Assembly (NCBI GenBank): GCA_050692985.1
Contig: JBOGVZ010000047.1
Coordinates: 76,533 to 140,532 of the forward strand
Direction of reading: 5' to 3'
Length of the DNA stretch: 64,000 nucleotides
Source: Actinomycetota bacterium
GTDB taxonomy: Bacteria > Actinomycetota > UBA4738 > CALAEC01
Shown here: positions 18,290-27,615 of the stretch, piece by piece
How the letters are laid out: each line of letters starts with the position of its first letter
How positions within the stretch are numbered: position 1 is the first letter of the stretch
Made by a program: the position numbers and the translations under genes
Notes under the pieces: model-generated
What the model saw: only the letters and a program-made list of their open reading frames with translations
Databases searched by the model: none
What the model was told of the DNA's origin: nothing

Positions 18290-19297
18290 TCACTCCTCCT
18301 TGGAGCCGGTCCGCTCGGCCAGGCCCATGGCCCGGACGATCAGGGCCTCGCTGAAGCCGGCGGCGAACGCGATGGCCAGCAGGCCCACGTTCGTGGTGAC
18401 CTCGATGCCGAACGACCCCGCCCGCACCAGGACGTAGGCGGCAAGCGCGCCCGCCACGCCGAACAGCGGCCGGATGCCGGTGATCACCCCTTCCCGGAGC
18501 TGCTCGGGAACCCGGGCCTGCAGGGACCCGCCGATCACGGACAGGATCGCGGTGAAGCTGCCGCCCAGCACGCCCCAGGCGATCACGTGCAGCCACACCC
18601 GCACTCCTCCCTGCCCCGGCTCGAGGTCCAACGGGATCGGCCACCAGGCCTGGAGGGCCAGCACGGCCGCCACGGCCCCGAGGAGGTAGGCCATCAGGAT
18701 GGCCAGCCGCCGCCGCAGCAACGCGATGCGCCGGTACCCGTTGCGAAGGTCCTCGTCGCGGACCTCCAACGCCTTGGCCAGTGCCCGGCGAGCATCCTCA
18801 AGGTCCCGGGCCGAAGGCCGGCCGCGGCCACGCCTCCGTGCCGGCCCGGGGACCAGCACGCGGATCTCGTCCATGAGGTCCTCGATCGTCTGGCCGCGCC
18901 AGCCGGTGGACTTGTCGGCGGCCTCACGGGCCAGGGCGGTGGCCTCGTGCCGGAGCTCGTCCGTCTCGTACCCCAGGGCCGACGCGCGGCGGGCCGCGTT
19001 GAGCTGCGCCCAGGCCTCCTCCAGGCGGAAGAGCCCGAAGGCCGCCCGGGCCCGCTCCAGGTGCTCGCAGGCCTCGCGGGCCCACGGCTCGCTGTGGTCC
19101 GAGCAGGCCCGCCACGGCCCCGCCCGACGCACCAGCTCGCGCTCGAAGACGTCGAGGTCGGCGCCCAGCCGGCTCCGCCTGATCGGCGTCAGGACGGACA
19201 CGATCCACGCTCTGATCGAGCCGATGCTCATCGGCACCCCCCGGCCCTGTCGACTCCCGAAGAGCATGCGCCCGCCCGCCCCGCCGGGCAAGGCCAC
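18290..19297 (-). CDS. Hypothetical membrane protein (cytoplasmic N-domain, four C-terminal TM helices)
   Basis: ...LAILMAYLLGAVAAVLALQAWW ... WLHVIAWGVLGGSFTAILSVIGG ... LFGVAGALAAYVLV ... LLAIAFAAGFSEALIV. The start may be the internal Met near 19231 (MSIGSIRAW). Confidence 0.5.
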   Translation of the reverse strand: MALPGGAGGRMLFGSRQGRGVPMSIGSIRAWIVSVLTPIRRSRLGADLDVFERELVRRAGPWRACSDHSEPWAREACEHLERARAAFGLFRLEEAWAQLNAARRASALGYETDELRHEATALAREAADKSTGWRGQTIEDLMDEIRVLVPGPARRRGRGRPSARDLEDARRALAKALEVRDEDLRNGYRRIALLRRRLAILMAYLLGAVAAVLALQAWWPIPLDLEPGQGGVRVWLHVIAWGVLGGSFTAILSVIGGSLQARVPEQLREGVITGIRPLFGVAGALAAYVLVRAGSFGIEVTTNVGLLAIAFAAGFSEALIVRAMGLAERTGSKEE

Positions 19298-19355
19298 CCG
19301 TCCGCCGTGGCCCCCGCGCTAGGATGCGGCAGACCGACGCAGGGAGGAGGCCCGC

Positions 19356-19799
19356 ATGGCGGACGAGCAGAGGCCGGTCGAGCAGCTCACTCCGGAGCAG
19401 TTCGCGGAGATGGTGAGCGGAGCCAGCGACGAGGAGATCCTCCAGGGGATCCACGGGGCGGGGACCGAGGCGGCCCTAGACCGCATCTTCCAGGGGTTCG
19501 AGGAGCGCTTCGTCCCCGAGCGGGCGCAGGGAGTCACCGCCGACGTGCAGTGGGTGGTGGTCGACGAGGGCCAGGAGCACCCCTACCGGCTGCGCATCGC
19601 CGACGGGCGGTGCACGGCCGAGCGAGGACGGGTGGAGGGCGAGCCGAAGGTCACGCTGACCACGGACATCGTGTCGTTCGCCAAGCTGGTGACCGGCAAC
19701 GCCCAGGGCCCGGCCCTGTTCATGGGCGGCAAGCTGAAGATGCAGGGCGACATGATGTTCAGCATGCAGCTCAACAACTACTTCGAGCGCCCCGGCTAG
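19356..19799 (+). CDS. SCP2 sterol-carrier-like domain protein
   Basis: ATG after GGGAGGAGG. ...VQWVVVDEGQEHPYRLRIADGRCTAERGRVEGEPKVTLTTDIVSFAKLVTGNAQGPALFMGGKLKMQGDMMFSMQL. Confidence 0.7.
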   Translation: MADEQRPVEQLTPEQFAEMVSGASDEEILQGIHGAGTEAALDRIFQGFEERFVPERAQGVTADVQWVVVDEGQEHPYRLRIADGRCTAERGRVEGEPKVTLTTDIVSFAKLVTGNAQGPALFMGGKLKMQGDMMFSMQLNNYFERPG

Positions 19800-21157
19800 G
19801 GCCGGGGCTCACCTCCCAGGACCTCGCCGGCGGCCCGGCGGCCGGACTCGACCGCACCCTCCATGTACCCGGTCCACACCCGGGCGGTCTCGGTGCCGGC
19901 CCAGTGGATCGGGCCCACCGGCTCGCGCAGGGCCGGGCCGTACCGGGTCAGGACCCCGGGGGGCATGTGCCCCCCGTAGCACCCACGGGTCCACTCCTCC
20001 TCGGTCCAGTCGAGGTCCCCGTAGTCGCGAACCTCGGCCGCCCGGGGACCGAAGTACTCGACCAGGGAAGCGAGCACGGCCCTCCGCCGCTCCTCCCGCG
20101 CGGCCCCACCCAGCTCCCGGGCCCGGTCGCCCTCCACGAAGGCCACCAGCACCCCCGGCTTCCCGTCCGGCGGCGAGTTGTCGAAGGTGAACCCCACCGG
20201 GAGGTCGGGGCATCCGGCCTGGCCGCTCAACCCCTCGCCCCGCCAGAACGGCTCGTCGTACATCGCCATGGCCTTGATCGTGGCCCCGTGTGGCATGCGC
20301 TGGGTGAGCTGGTCGCGTCGGCCCGGAAGCGGAGGATCGAAGGCGATGCGCCCGGCCAGGGCGGGCGGGACGGCCACGATGACCCGGTGCGCCCGGACCG
20401 CGGCACCGTCGGCGTGGACGACCACCGCCCCGGTGGTGCTCTCGATGCGGCGGACCGGCGACCCCAGCCTCACCGCGTCCCCCAGGCGCTCGGCCAGCCG
20501 CACCGCCACCAGGTGCGAGCCGCCGACGAACCGGTCCTGCTGGGCCCCGCCGGAGGTGGTGATGAGATTCTCCAGGCTGATCCCGGAGCGCATGTAGTAC
20601 AGGGCGAACAGCAGCGACACCATGTCGGCCTCGGTGGTGAACACCGCCTCCACGAAGAGCCGCAGGGCCGCTCCGGCCCGCGCCGTCCGCACGTGACGCC
20701 GGATCCAGGTCTCCAGCGTCTGGGCATCCAACGCCAGCGCCCCGGGCGCGTCCCAGGGGCGGTCGGTGGGCACCCGCCGGGCCATCCGCTCCAGCCGCCG
20801 GAAGCCGAGGGCCAGGTCGGCCAGGCTGACCGGGTTCATCCGGGGAAGCGACCCGGAGAACCGGTACCTGCGATCCCCCAGGATCGCCACGCCATCCCCC
20901 TCGTCGTAGGTGGGGAAGGTGTCGACGCCCAGGTCGCGGGCCAGGGCGTACATGCGGGCCTGGCCGGGGCCGATCCACTGCCCGCCCAGCTCCACGGCCT
21001 TCCCCTGGCCCAGGTCGTGGGCCAGGAGCCGTCCCCCCACCCGGGAGCGGGCCTCCAGCACCGCCACGGACCTGCCGGCGGCGGCCACCTCGGCGGCGGC
21101 GGTGAGCCCGGCCAGCCCGGCCCCCACCACCACGACGTCCACATCGCGCTCCATCAC
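19796..21157 (-). CDS. Flavin-containing amine oxidase (monoamine/putrescine oxidase family)
   Basis: DVDVVVVGAGLAGLTAAAEVAAAGRSVAVLEARSRVGGR ... GGQWIGPGQ ... WAGTETA...GYMEGAVESG. Confidence 0.85.
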   Translation of the reverse strand: MMERDVDVVVVGAGLAGLTAAAEVAAAGRSVAVLEARSRVGGRLLAHDLGQGKAVELGGQWIGPGQARMYALARDLGVDTFPTYDEGDGVAILGDRRYRFSGSLPRMNPVSLADLALGFRRLERMARRVPTDRPWDAPGALALDAQTLETWIRRHVRTARAGAALRLFVEAVFTTEADMVSLLFALYYMRSGISLENLITTSGGAQQDRFVGGSHLVAVRLAERLGDAVRLGSPVRRIESTTGAVVVHADGAAVRAHRVIVAVPPALAGRIAFDPPLPGRRDQLTQRMPHGATIKAMAMYDEPFWRGEGLSGQAGCPDLPVGFTFDNSPPDGKPGVLVAFVEGDRARELGGAAREERRRAVLASLVEYFGPRAAEVRDYGDLDWTEEEWTRGCYGGHMPPGVLTRYGPALREPVGPIHWAGTETARVWTGYMEGAVESGRRAAGEVLGGEPRP

Positions 21158-21191
21158 GCCCAGACCCTACCGCCGGGGTCGCGGGAGCGGG

Positions 21192-22304
21192 CTACGGAGC
21201 GCAGGCCACCCGAACGGGGACCATGCCGTTGGCCGTGCACTCGCGGTACGGCCCGGGCTCCAGCCCGTCGACCAGCTCCCACAGCCGCTGGAGCGCCGTC
21301 TCCATGACGATGTGGGTGGTGCTCTTCTCGGAGGCGTGGCCGGCAAGCGGCGAGCGGTAGGCAGGGTCCACGTTGCCCGCCGCGTGGCCGGTCAGCGTGG
21401 TCTCCCGCTCGGAGTCCTCGTCCTTCAGCCCCACCGTGACCATGTCCGTGGGGATCCCCGACAGGGCCAGGAGCGAGGCCATCTGGCGGCCGTGGTCGTA
21501 GAAGACCAGGCCGTCGTCCACGCCGTGGATGATCACGGCCCCCTGGAGCCCGGCGGCCCGGACGTGGTCCATCCTGGCGGGCACGGTGCGACGGACGAAC
21601 TCGCCGGGGCAGGCCTCGATGGGGCAGCCCGTCTCCTCCTCGATGTCGAGGCGGGCGTTGGCCGCGGTCTCGTTCGCCGCGCTCCCGAGCCGCGCCGCCA
21701 GGTAGATCTCGGTGAGGTTCACCGCGCCCTCCACATCGACCCAGTAGTCCCACAGCGGCGAGCCGTCCCGACGGGTGATGCCCTCCTCCCCGGCCATGGC
21801 CACCGCCAGCCCTGACACGTTGCCTCCCATGCTGACGCCGAGAATGGTGACCATGGGGACCCGGCATCGGCGGTCGAAGAGGCGGGCGGCGGCGATGGAG
21901 TCCTCGGCCCCGGCGATGGCCGGCCACCCCCGGGACTCCGGCAGGCCGTCGTCGTTCGAGTCGGGGAAGATGTGCAGGCCCCGGTAGTCCATGGCCACGC
22001 CGATCAGCCCGTGTCGCGAGGCCTCCCGCATGTGATGGGCCCACGAGTACGGGGTGTGGCCGTAGCCGTGAGCGAACACCACCAGGCCACGGGGGCGGCC
22101 CTGCGGGACCGAGTACAGGCCGTGGGTCAGCTCGCCGTCCACCCGGACGAACAGGTCCCGGGCCTCGTCCACCCGGTCCCGGCACACCAGCCTGGTCGGC
22201 GCCGCGCCGGGAGCGGCCGCGGCCGGCGCGGCCCCCGCCACCAGGGCCAGCACGGCCAGGCCGAGCACGGCCGGGCGAACGATGGGGCGACCGGGGGGCT
22301 CCAT
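21192..22304 (-). CDS. Secreted alpha/beta-fold hydrolase
   Basis: Signal peptide with AAAAPGAAP, then ...GLVVFAHGYGHT ... ILGVSMGGNVSG (GxSxG) ... VIIHGVDDGLV. Confidence 0.65.
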   Translation of the reverse strand: MEPPGRPIVRPAVLGLAVLALVAGAAPAAAAPGAAPTRLVCRDRVDEARDLFVRVDGELTHGLYSVPQGRPRGLVVFAHGYGHTPYSWAHHMREASRHGLIGVAMDYRGLHIFPDSNDDGLPESRGWPAIAGAEDSIAAARLFDRRCRVPMVTILGVSMGGNVSGLAVAMAGEEGITRRDGSPLWDYWVDVEGAVNLTEIYLAARLGSAANETAANARLDIEEETGCPIEACPGEFVRRTVPARMDHVRAAGLQGAVIIHGVDDGLVFYDHGRQMASLLALSGIPTDMVTVGLKDEDSERETTLTGHAAGNVDPAYRSPLAGHASEKSTTHIVMETALQRLWELVDGLEPGPYRECTANGMVPVRVACAP

Positions 22305-22346
22305 GGATGGGTCAGTGTTCGACGACCGCCCGGCGACCTCCTGCTC

Positions 22347-22510
22347 TCAGCCGCCGTGGGGATGCGGCTGGGGCCGGGTCTCCTTCAGCTCGACCAGCGT
22401 GCACCGGTAGCAGATCTCCACCCCGCAGGCCTCACCGCAGAAGCCGCACACCTCGACCTCCCGGGCGCAGCCGGCGCACCGGGCGGGCTCGTCAACCCTC
22501 GGGGTAGCCA
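22347..22510 (-). CDS. Small Cys-rich zinc-ribbon-like protein (54 aa), not in the ORF track
   Basis: Reverse-complement translation from ATG 22508-22510: MATPRVDEPARCAGCAREVEVCGFCGEACGVEICYRCTLVELKETRPQPHPHGG*, with seven Cys in CxxC/CxxC/CxxxxC spacing. It overlaps the last 19 nt of the rhodanese-CBS gene in another frame. Confidence 0.4.
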
Positions 22511-23253
22511 TGGTCCCTCCGGTGGAGCGCCTCGTGGAACTCCTCGGCGACGCGGACGGCGTCCTGGCGACGAAGCAGCCCGACCAGGGTCCCTTCGCCG
22601 GTGGTCACCGGGGCGCTGTGGAGGTCGTGCTTCGTCATGTACTCGGCCATCTCCGTGACGTAGACGTGGGGGCGGAACGTGCTCGGCCCCGCCTGCATGG
22701 CCTCCTCCACCCGGAGGCCCGGGTCCTTCCCCAGGTGCTCCTCCCGCAGGAGGCCCAGCACCACCCGCTCGTCGTTCGTGACCACGCAGACGTCCCACCC
22801 GGCCCGGCGGACCCGCTCGGCGACGTCACCGAGGCGCTCGTCGAGGGCGCAGGTGGGCACGTCGTCCCGGGCCACGCCCCCGGCCCTGGGGACCACGGAC
22901 AGCCTGCCTTCCGTGGGCAGGCCGGTGGCCAGCCAGTCCTGCTTGCCACCCACGTAGTCGTAGACTCGGGTGAACCCCATCGTCTCGAGCCGCCACGCGG
23001 CTCGGGGGCTCATGTCTCAGGGGTCGTCCCAGCAGTACACGATGATCGGACGCTCGGGGTCGAGCCGCTCCCGGGCGTCGGCGTCGATCTTCCGCAGCGG
23101 GATGTTGATGGCGCCCGGGAGGTGCTCCTCCTCGTACTCCTCGGGCGGGAGGACCTCCACGAGCTGGGCGCCCTCCTTCACCAGGCGGCGAACCTCGTCG
23201 CGGTCGATGGCTTCGGGCACGTTCGATCCAACCTCGCCTCCAGGCCTACCCAT
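22492..23253 (-). CDS. Rhodanese-CBS-pair fusion protein interrupted by one in-frame TGA (23017-23019) inside the rhodanese active-site loop; possible pseudogene or readthrough
   Basis: Upstream ORF tail: ...NVPEAIDRDEVRRLVKEGAQLVEVLPPEEYEEEHLPGAINIPL...RPIIVYCWDDP-TGA-D-MSPRAAWRLETMGFTRVYDYVGGKQDWLATGLPTEG, then a CBS pair. Homology is continuous and in the same frame across the stop. Confidence 0.6.
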
Positions 23254-23273
23254 TCCCCGCATGGGGAACGCGT

Positions 23274-24920
23274 CTACGGGCCGCCGGGTGCCCGGAGCTC
23301 TCGCTTCAGCACCTTGCCGGTCGAGGTGCGGGGCAGCTCGTCCACGATGTCGACGTGCCTGGGGACCTTGAACGAGGCCAGCTCGGCGCGGCAGGCCTTC
23401 AGGACGTCCTCCTCCGAGGCCGACCCCGCCACGAACGCCGCCAGCACCCGGCCGTACTCGGGGTCCGGCACGCCCACCACGGCGACCTCGTCCACGCCGG
23501 CCACGCGCTCGATGACCTGCTCGACCTCCACCGGGTACACGTTCTCGCCGCCGACCACCACCATGTCGTCGGCCCGGCCCTCCACGAACAGGTAGCCCCG
23601 TTCGTCCAGGTGGCCCAGGTCGCCGACGGCCAGGTAGCCCTGCCGGCCTTCCCGGCCTTCTCCCGAGGTGTAGCCCTCGAACGTGGCGTCGCTGCGGACG
23701 TGGATCTCCCCGGTCTCCCCGGCGCCGAGCGGCCGGCCCTCCGGCGAGAAGACGGCCACCTCCACGCCGGGGACGGGCCGGCCCACCGTGGCCGGGCGCC
23801 GGGCCATGTCCCGGGGCGTGGCCACCGTGACCCACCCCGCTTCCGTGGACCCGTACAGGTCGTGGAGGACGTCGCCCAGGACCTCCCGGGCCCTGGCCCG
23901 CAGCTCCTGGCCCAGCGATGCCCCGCTGGTGAACACGATCCGCAGGGACGAGAGATCGAAGCCGGATCGGGCCTCCTCGGGGAGGGACACGATCCGGCTG
24001 ATCATCACCGGGACCAGGGCCACGGCCGTGGCCCCGGTGTCCTCGACCATCCGGAGCGTCCCCCGGGCGTCGAAGCGCTCGGGCAGGACCATGGTGCACC
24101 CCAGCAGCATCGCCAGCGAGAACGTGAGCATGCCGAACGAGTGGAACATCGGCGCGGGGATGCACACCACGTCGTCGCGGCGCAGCGGCACCGCCGTGAG
24201 CAGGCCCAGGATCGAGGTGATCTCGCCGCCGCCGGTGCCCCTGGCCGCGCCCCTGGGCTTCCCCGTGGTGCCCGAGGTGTGGATCACGATGCGGTGCGAG
24301 CCGCGGTTCAGGGTCAGCGGGCCGGGTGGGGTGGGCGGATGCTCGGCCAGGAGGTCCTCGTAGGGACGGGAGCCCGGGACCGCGTTCTCCCCGTCGCCCG
24401 CGGCAACCAGGGCCATGCCGCCGGCGAGCTCGCCGACCCGGTCGGCGTGGAGCTCGTCGTACAGCAGGACCCTCGGCTCGGTCTGCTCGAGCGCCGGCCG
24501 CAGCTCCGACGGCCTGGCCCAGGTGTTCAGGGGGCAGGCCACCACACCCACCTTCTGTGCCGCCAGCACACCCTCCACCAGCTCCCGGCCGTTGCGCAGC
24601 AGCAGGGCCACCCGGTCCCCGGGCGACGCCCCCAGGGACGCCAGCGCTCCGGCAAGCCGGTTCACCCGCCCGTCGAGCTCGGACCAGGTCAGCGTCCCCC
24701 ACCGGTCGACCACCGCCTCCTTGTCCGGGAACGCCCGGGCGTTCAGGTGGCTGAGGATGCCCAGGGACGGGCCCCGCCCCGCCAGCCACGGGATCGACCG
24801 GAGCGCCGCCGCGGCCGCGGCCCGATCCACCAGCCGGGCGTCCCACAGCCGGGCCAGGGTCCTGGGCCCGGCCACAGCGGCGATCCGGCGCAGGCTCCGG
24901 CGCGCGCCCTCGAGCCTCAT
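23274..24920 (-). CDS. AMP-dependent synthetase/ligase (acyl-CoA synthetase family)
   Basis: IVIHTSGTTGKPRGA (AMP-binding box) ... LYGSTEAGWV ... GEIHVRSDATFEGY ... PRTSTGKVLKREL. The ATG at 24918-24920 overlaps the upstream hydrolase stop (ATGA). Confidence 0.9.
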   Translation of the reverse strand: MRLEGARRSLRRIAAVAGPRTLARLWDARLVDRAAAAAALRSIPWLAGRGPSLGILSHLNARAFPDKEAVVDRWGTLTWSELDGRVNRLAGALASLGASPGDRVALLLRNGRELVEGVLAAQKVGVVACPLNTWARPSELRPALEQTEPRVLLYDELHADRVGELAGGMALVAAGDGENAVPGSRPYEDLLAEHPPTPPGPLTLNRGSHRIVIHTSGTTGKPRGAARGTGGGEITSILGLLTAVPLRRDDVVCIPAPMFHSFGMLTFSLAMLLGCTMVLPERFDARGTLRMVEDTGATAVALVPVMISRIVSLPEEARSGFDLSSLRIVFTSGASLGQELRARAREVLGDVLHDLYGSTEAGWVTVATPRDMARRPATVGRPVPGVEVAVFSPEGRPLGAGETGEIHVRSDATFEGYTSGEGREGRQGYLAVGDLGHLDERGYLFVEGRADDMVVVGGENVYPVEVEQVIERVAGVDEVAVVGVPDPEYGRVLAAFVAGSASEEDVLKACRAELASFKVPRHVDIVDELPRTSTGKVLKRELRAPGGP

Positions 24921-26158
24921 CCCGCCTCCAGGAACCCCCGGACCAGCCGGTGCGTCTCTTCCGGCAGCTCGTACTGGGGCACGTGCCCGCAATCGCGCAG
25001 CACCACCGAGGCCGCCCCCGGGAGGGCCCGCTCCACGTGCCGGGCGAACGCCGCAGGGACCAGCCGGTCGTGCTGCCCCCACACGAACAGGGCCGGTCGC
25101 CGGAGCCCGGGCAGCCGGTCCCAGAACCCGCCGTCGCCGTAAGGCTCCTCCAGGTAGATCTGGCGAGCGGCCGAGAAGAACGCGATCCGGCCGCGGGGCG
25201 TCCCGAACACCCGCAGGAACTCGTCGGCGGCGGCCTCGTACCACGGGCCGGGCAGCCGGGCGGGGCGGGAGAACATCCGCTTGATCGACCACACCACCTG
25301 CCGGTGGGAGAGCGGGACCGGCAGGAGCGCCAGCTCCGGCCGCAGCACCCGCACCACCCGCACGAACTCTCGATGGCGGATGAACGCCGGCGAGGGCGTG
25401 AGCAGCACCATCCGGTCCACGCGCTCGGGAGCCCGCAGCCCCGTCTCGATGGCCACCCGGCCGCCCATCGAGTTGCCCACCAGGTGGGTCCGGTCGATCC
25501 CCACCACGTCCAGGAACCCCCGCAGCCACCGGGCGAAGAACGCGGCGTGGTAGCTCCGCAGCGGCTTGCCCGATTCCCCGAAGCCGGGCAGGTCGGGCGC
25601 CAGCACGCGGTGGTCCCGGGCCAGCTCCACCAGGATCGGAAGGACCGAGGCGTTCGTGGCCCCCAGGCCGTGGAGCAGCACCACGGGTGGCCCCCGGCCG
25701 GCCTCCAGGTAGAACGTGGGGACGCCCCACACCAGGGCGGAGCCGGCCCGGGGGAAGTGGTCGGGGCGGCGGCGGCCGTCGAACAGGCTGTCGAGCCGGA
25801 GCGACAGGGCCAGGTTCCCCCGGACCCGCAGACGGCCCCCCAGGAACGCGTCCACCCCCGAGCGGGTCCCCTCCATCACCTCGGTGATCGTGGCCACGTC
25901 CGTGTCGATCGTGGTGTCCGGGGCCTCGGCCAGCTCGGTGGCCAGGCTCACCGTTCCCCGGTCGAATCGCAGCGACAGCCCCCCGTGATCGCCGAGGTTC
26001 AGCGCCACCGTGGCTCGCAGGCTCCGGACGCCGCCGGTGGGGTGCCGCACCCGCTCGCGGACCAACCGCTCCAGCGCCCGAAGCTCGGTGGAGGCCGGGG
26101 GTGGGGCCGAAGGGAGCGATGGTCGGCCTGCCGTCACCTGCGATCCTGGCCGGGCCAT
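24917..26158 (-). CDS. SCP2-domain / alpha-beta hydrolase fusion protein
   Basis: N-terminal SCP2-like ...ATVALNLGDHGGLSLRFDRGTVSL...DAFLGGRLRVRGNLALSLRL, then VVLLHGLGATNASV...LVGNSMGGRVA (GxSxG)...CGHVPQYE. Confidence 0.8.
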   Translation of the reverse strand: MARPGSQVTAGRPSLPSAPPPASTELRALERLVRERVRHPTGGVRSLRATVALNLGDHGGLSLRFDRGTVSLATELAEAPDTTIDTDVATITEVMEGTRSGVDAFLGGRLRVRGNLALSLRLDSLFDGRRRPDHFPRAGSALVWGVPTFYLEAGRGPPVVLLHGLGATNASVLPILVELARDHRVLAPDLPGFGESGKPLRSYHAAFFARWLRGFLDVVGIDRTHLVGNSMGGRVAIETGLRAPERVDRMVLLTPSPAFIRHREFVRVVRVLRPELALLPVPLSHRQVVWSIKRMFSRPARLPGPWYEAAADEFLRVFGTPRGRIAFFSAARQIYLEEPYGDGGFWDRLPGLRRPALFVWGQHDRLVPAAFARHVERALPGAASVVLRDCGHVPQYELPEETHRLVRGFLEAG

Positions 26159-26231
26159 ATGGGACCATTGTTACCCACGCCCGGGCCCCAGGAACGGAAC
26201 CGGTGCCCCCCCCGGACCCCGGGGCCCCCCT

Positions 26232-26305
26232 CACTGGGGGGTCCGCTCGCCTTCCGAGTCCTCGGCCCGGCGGTGGTCGGGGCGAGCTACCCCCCCGGGC
26301 CCCCC
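26232..26305 (+). repeat. Copy B of the ~73-nt hairpin repeat (CACTGGGGGGTCCGCTCGCC...GGGGCGAGCTACCCCCCCGGGCCCCCCGG), preceded by a partial 3'-arm remnant (26203-26227)
   Basis: Sits in the divergent intergenic region between the SCP2-hydrolase start (26158, minus) and the nitroreductase start (26324, plus). Confidence 0.8.
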
Positions 26306-26323
26306 GGTCCGCCTCCCGGTAGG

Positions 26324-26977
26324 GTGAGCGCCGTGGACCTGACCGAGGCGATGGAGACGCAGCGGGCCATCCGCCGGCTCAGGCCGGACCCCGTTGACGA
26401 CGGGGTGTTGCTGCGCTGCCTGGCCCTGGCGACCAAGGCCCCCACCGGCGGGAACCGCCAGGGCGTGGAGTTCGTGGTGGTCAGGGACCGAGGGAGGAAG
26501 GCTGCTCTGGGTCGGCAGTACCGCCGGGCATGGGCCCTGTACGGCGGCGCCGGCAGGCTGCTGTACCGGCGGAACGAGAAGACCCGAAGGATCATCGAGG
26601 CGGTGCAGTGGCAGGTCGACCACTGGGAGGAGGTCCCCGTGCTGGTCGTGGTGTGCTACCGGGGCGTCCCGCTCCCGCTCCCGGCGGTGGCCCGCGTGTC
26701 CCGGTACGGCTCGGTCTTCCCGGCCGTGCAGAACCTGCTGCTGGCGGCCAGGGCGGAGGGGCTGGGCGCCGCGCTGACCACCCTCCCCCTGTGGAGCCGC
26801 GTGGCCGTGCACCGCATCCTGGGCCTCCCGTGGAACGTGGAGCCGGTAGCGGCGGTTCCCATGGGATGGCCGAGGGGACGGTACGGGCCGACGTCGCGGA
26901 GGCCCGTGGAGGACTCCGTGCACCTGGACCGCTACGGGAACCGCCCGTTCCGGAAGCGTCGCCGGGGAGAGGAATGA
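26324..26977 (+). CDS. Nitroreductase-family protein
   Basis: GTG start. VSAVDLTEAMETQRAIRRLRPDPVDDGVLLRCLALATKAPTGGNRQGVEFVVV ... LLLAARAEGLGAALTT. Confidence 0.8.
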   Translation: MSAVDLTEAMETQRAIRRLRPDPVDDGVLLRCLALATKAPTGGNRQGVEFVVVRDRGRKAALGRQYRRAWALYGGAGRLLYRRNEKTRRIIEAVQWQVDHWEEVPVLVVVCYRGVPLPLPAVARVSRYGSVFPAVQNLLLAARAEGLGAALTTLPLWSRVAVHRILGLPWNVEPVAAVPMGWPRGRYGPTSRRPVEDSVHLDRYGNRPFRKRRRGEE

Positions 26978-27612
26978 CCGGGCCGGGGTCCGGGGTGGTC
27001 ACGATCTCCCGGCTGTACGGTGCGGGGGGTGTCCGCGTGGCCGACGCCGTTGCCACCGCCCTGGGGTTCCGCAAGGTCGATCGCGAGCTGGTCGAGCAGG
27101 CCGGCCGCCGCCTGGGCATGGACGCGGAACTGGCGGCGTCGCTCGACGAGCGGGTCCCGGCGCTGATCGAGGAGGTCGGACTGGCCCTGGCCGGGGGCGA
27201 GCTCCCCGTGGCGGTGCCCCAGCCCACCGTGGGCGACCGGGCCCTGGCCGAGGCCGTCCGCCGGGTCATCGAGTCGCTGGCGGCCGCGGGCGGGTACGTG
27301 ATCCTGGGGCGCGGCGGGCAGGCCATGCTTCGAGACCGGCCGGACGCCGTGCACCTCCAGCTGGTGGGGACCCTCGAGGATCGCGCCCGGCGCATCATGG
27401 AGTGGCGGGGGGTCTCCGAGGACGAGGGCCGGGCCCAGTGCCGGCGGGTGGACGCTGACCGCGCCGCCTACGTGCGGCGGTTCGCCGACGCCGACATCAA
27501 CGACCCGCTGCTCTACGACGCGATCCTCAACACCTCCCGGATGGGGGTCGACGGCGCCACCGACGCGGCGGTGGCCATCGCCCGGCACCGGCTGGGCCCG
27601 GGGCGCACCTAG
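26973..27612 (+). CDS. Cytidylate-kinase-like P-loop family protein
   Basis: ATG after GGAGAGGA, overlapping the upstream stop (ATGA). MTGPGSGVVTISRLYGAGG... Confidence 0.65.
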
Positions 27613-27615
27613 CGC

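Noticed and set aside
22492-23253. Selenocysteine recoding at the rhodanese TGA.
   Set aside because: The TGA is not at the catalytic Cys position, and no obvious SECIS-like hairpin follows it. It is kept only as a low-probability alternative inside the finding.
26150-26165. NdeI-like CATATG at the SCP2-hydrolase start codon, as a possible engineered expression junction.
   Set aside because: It is a single 6-mer that coincides with a natural ATG start. There is no accompanying vector or tag sequence.
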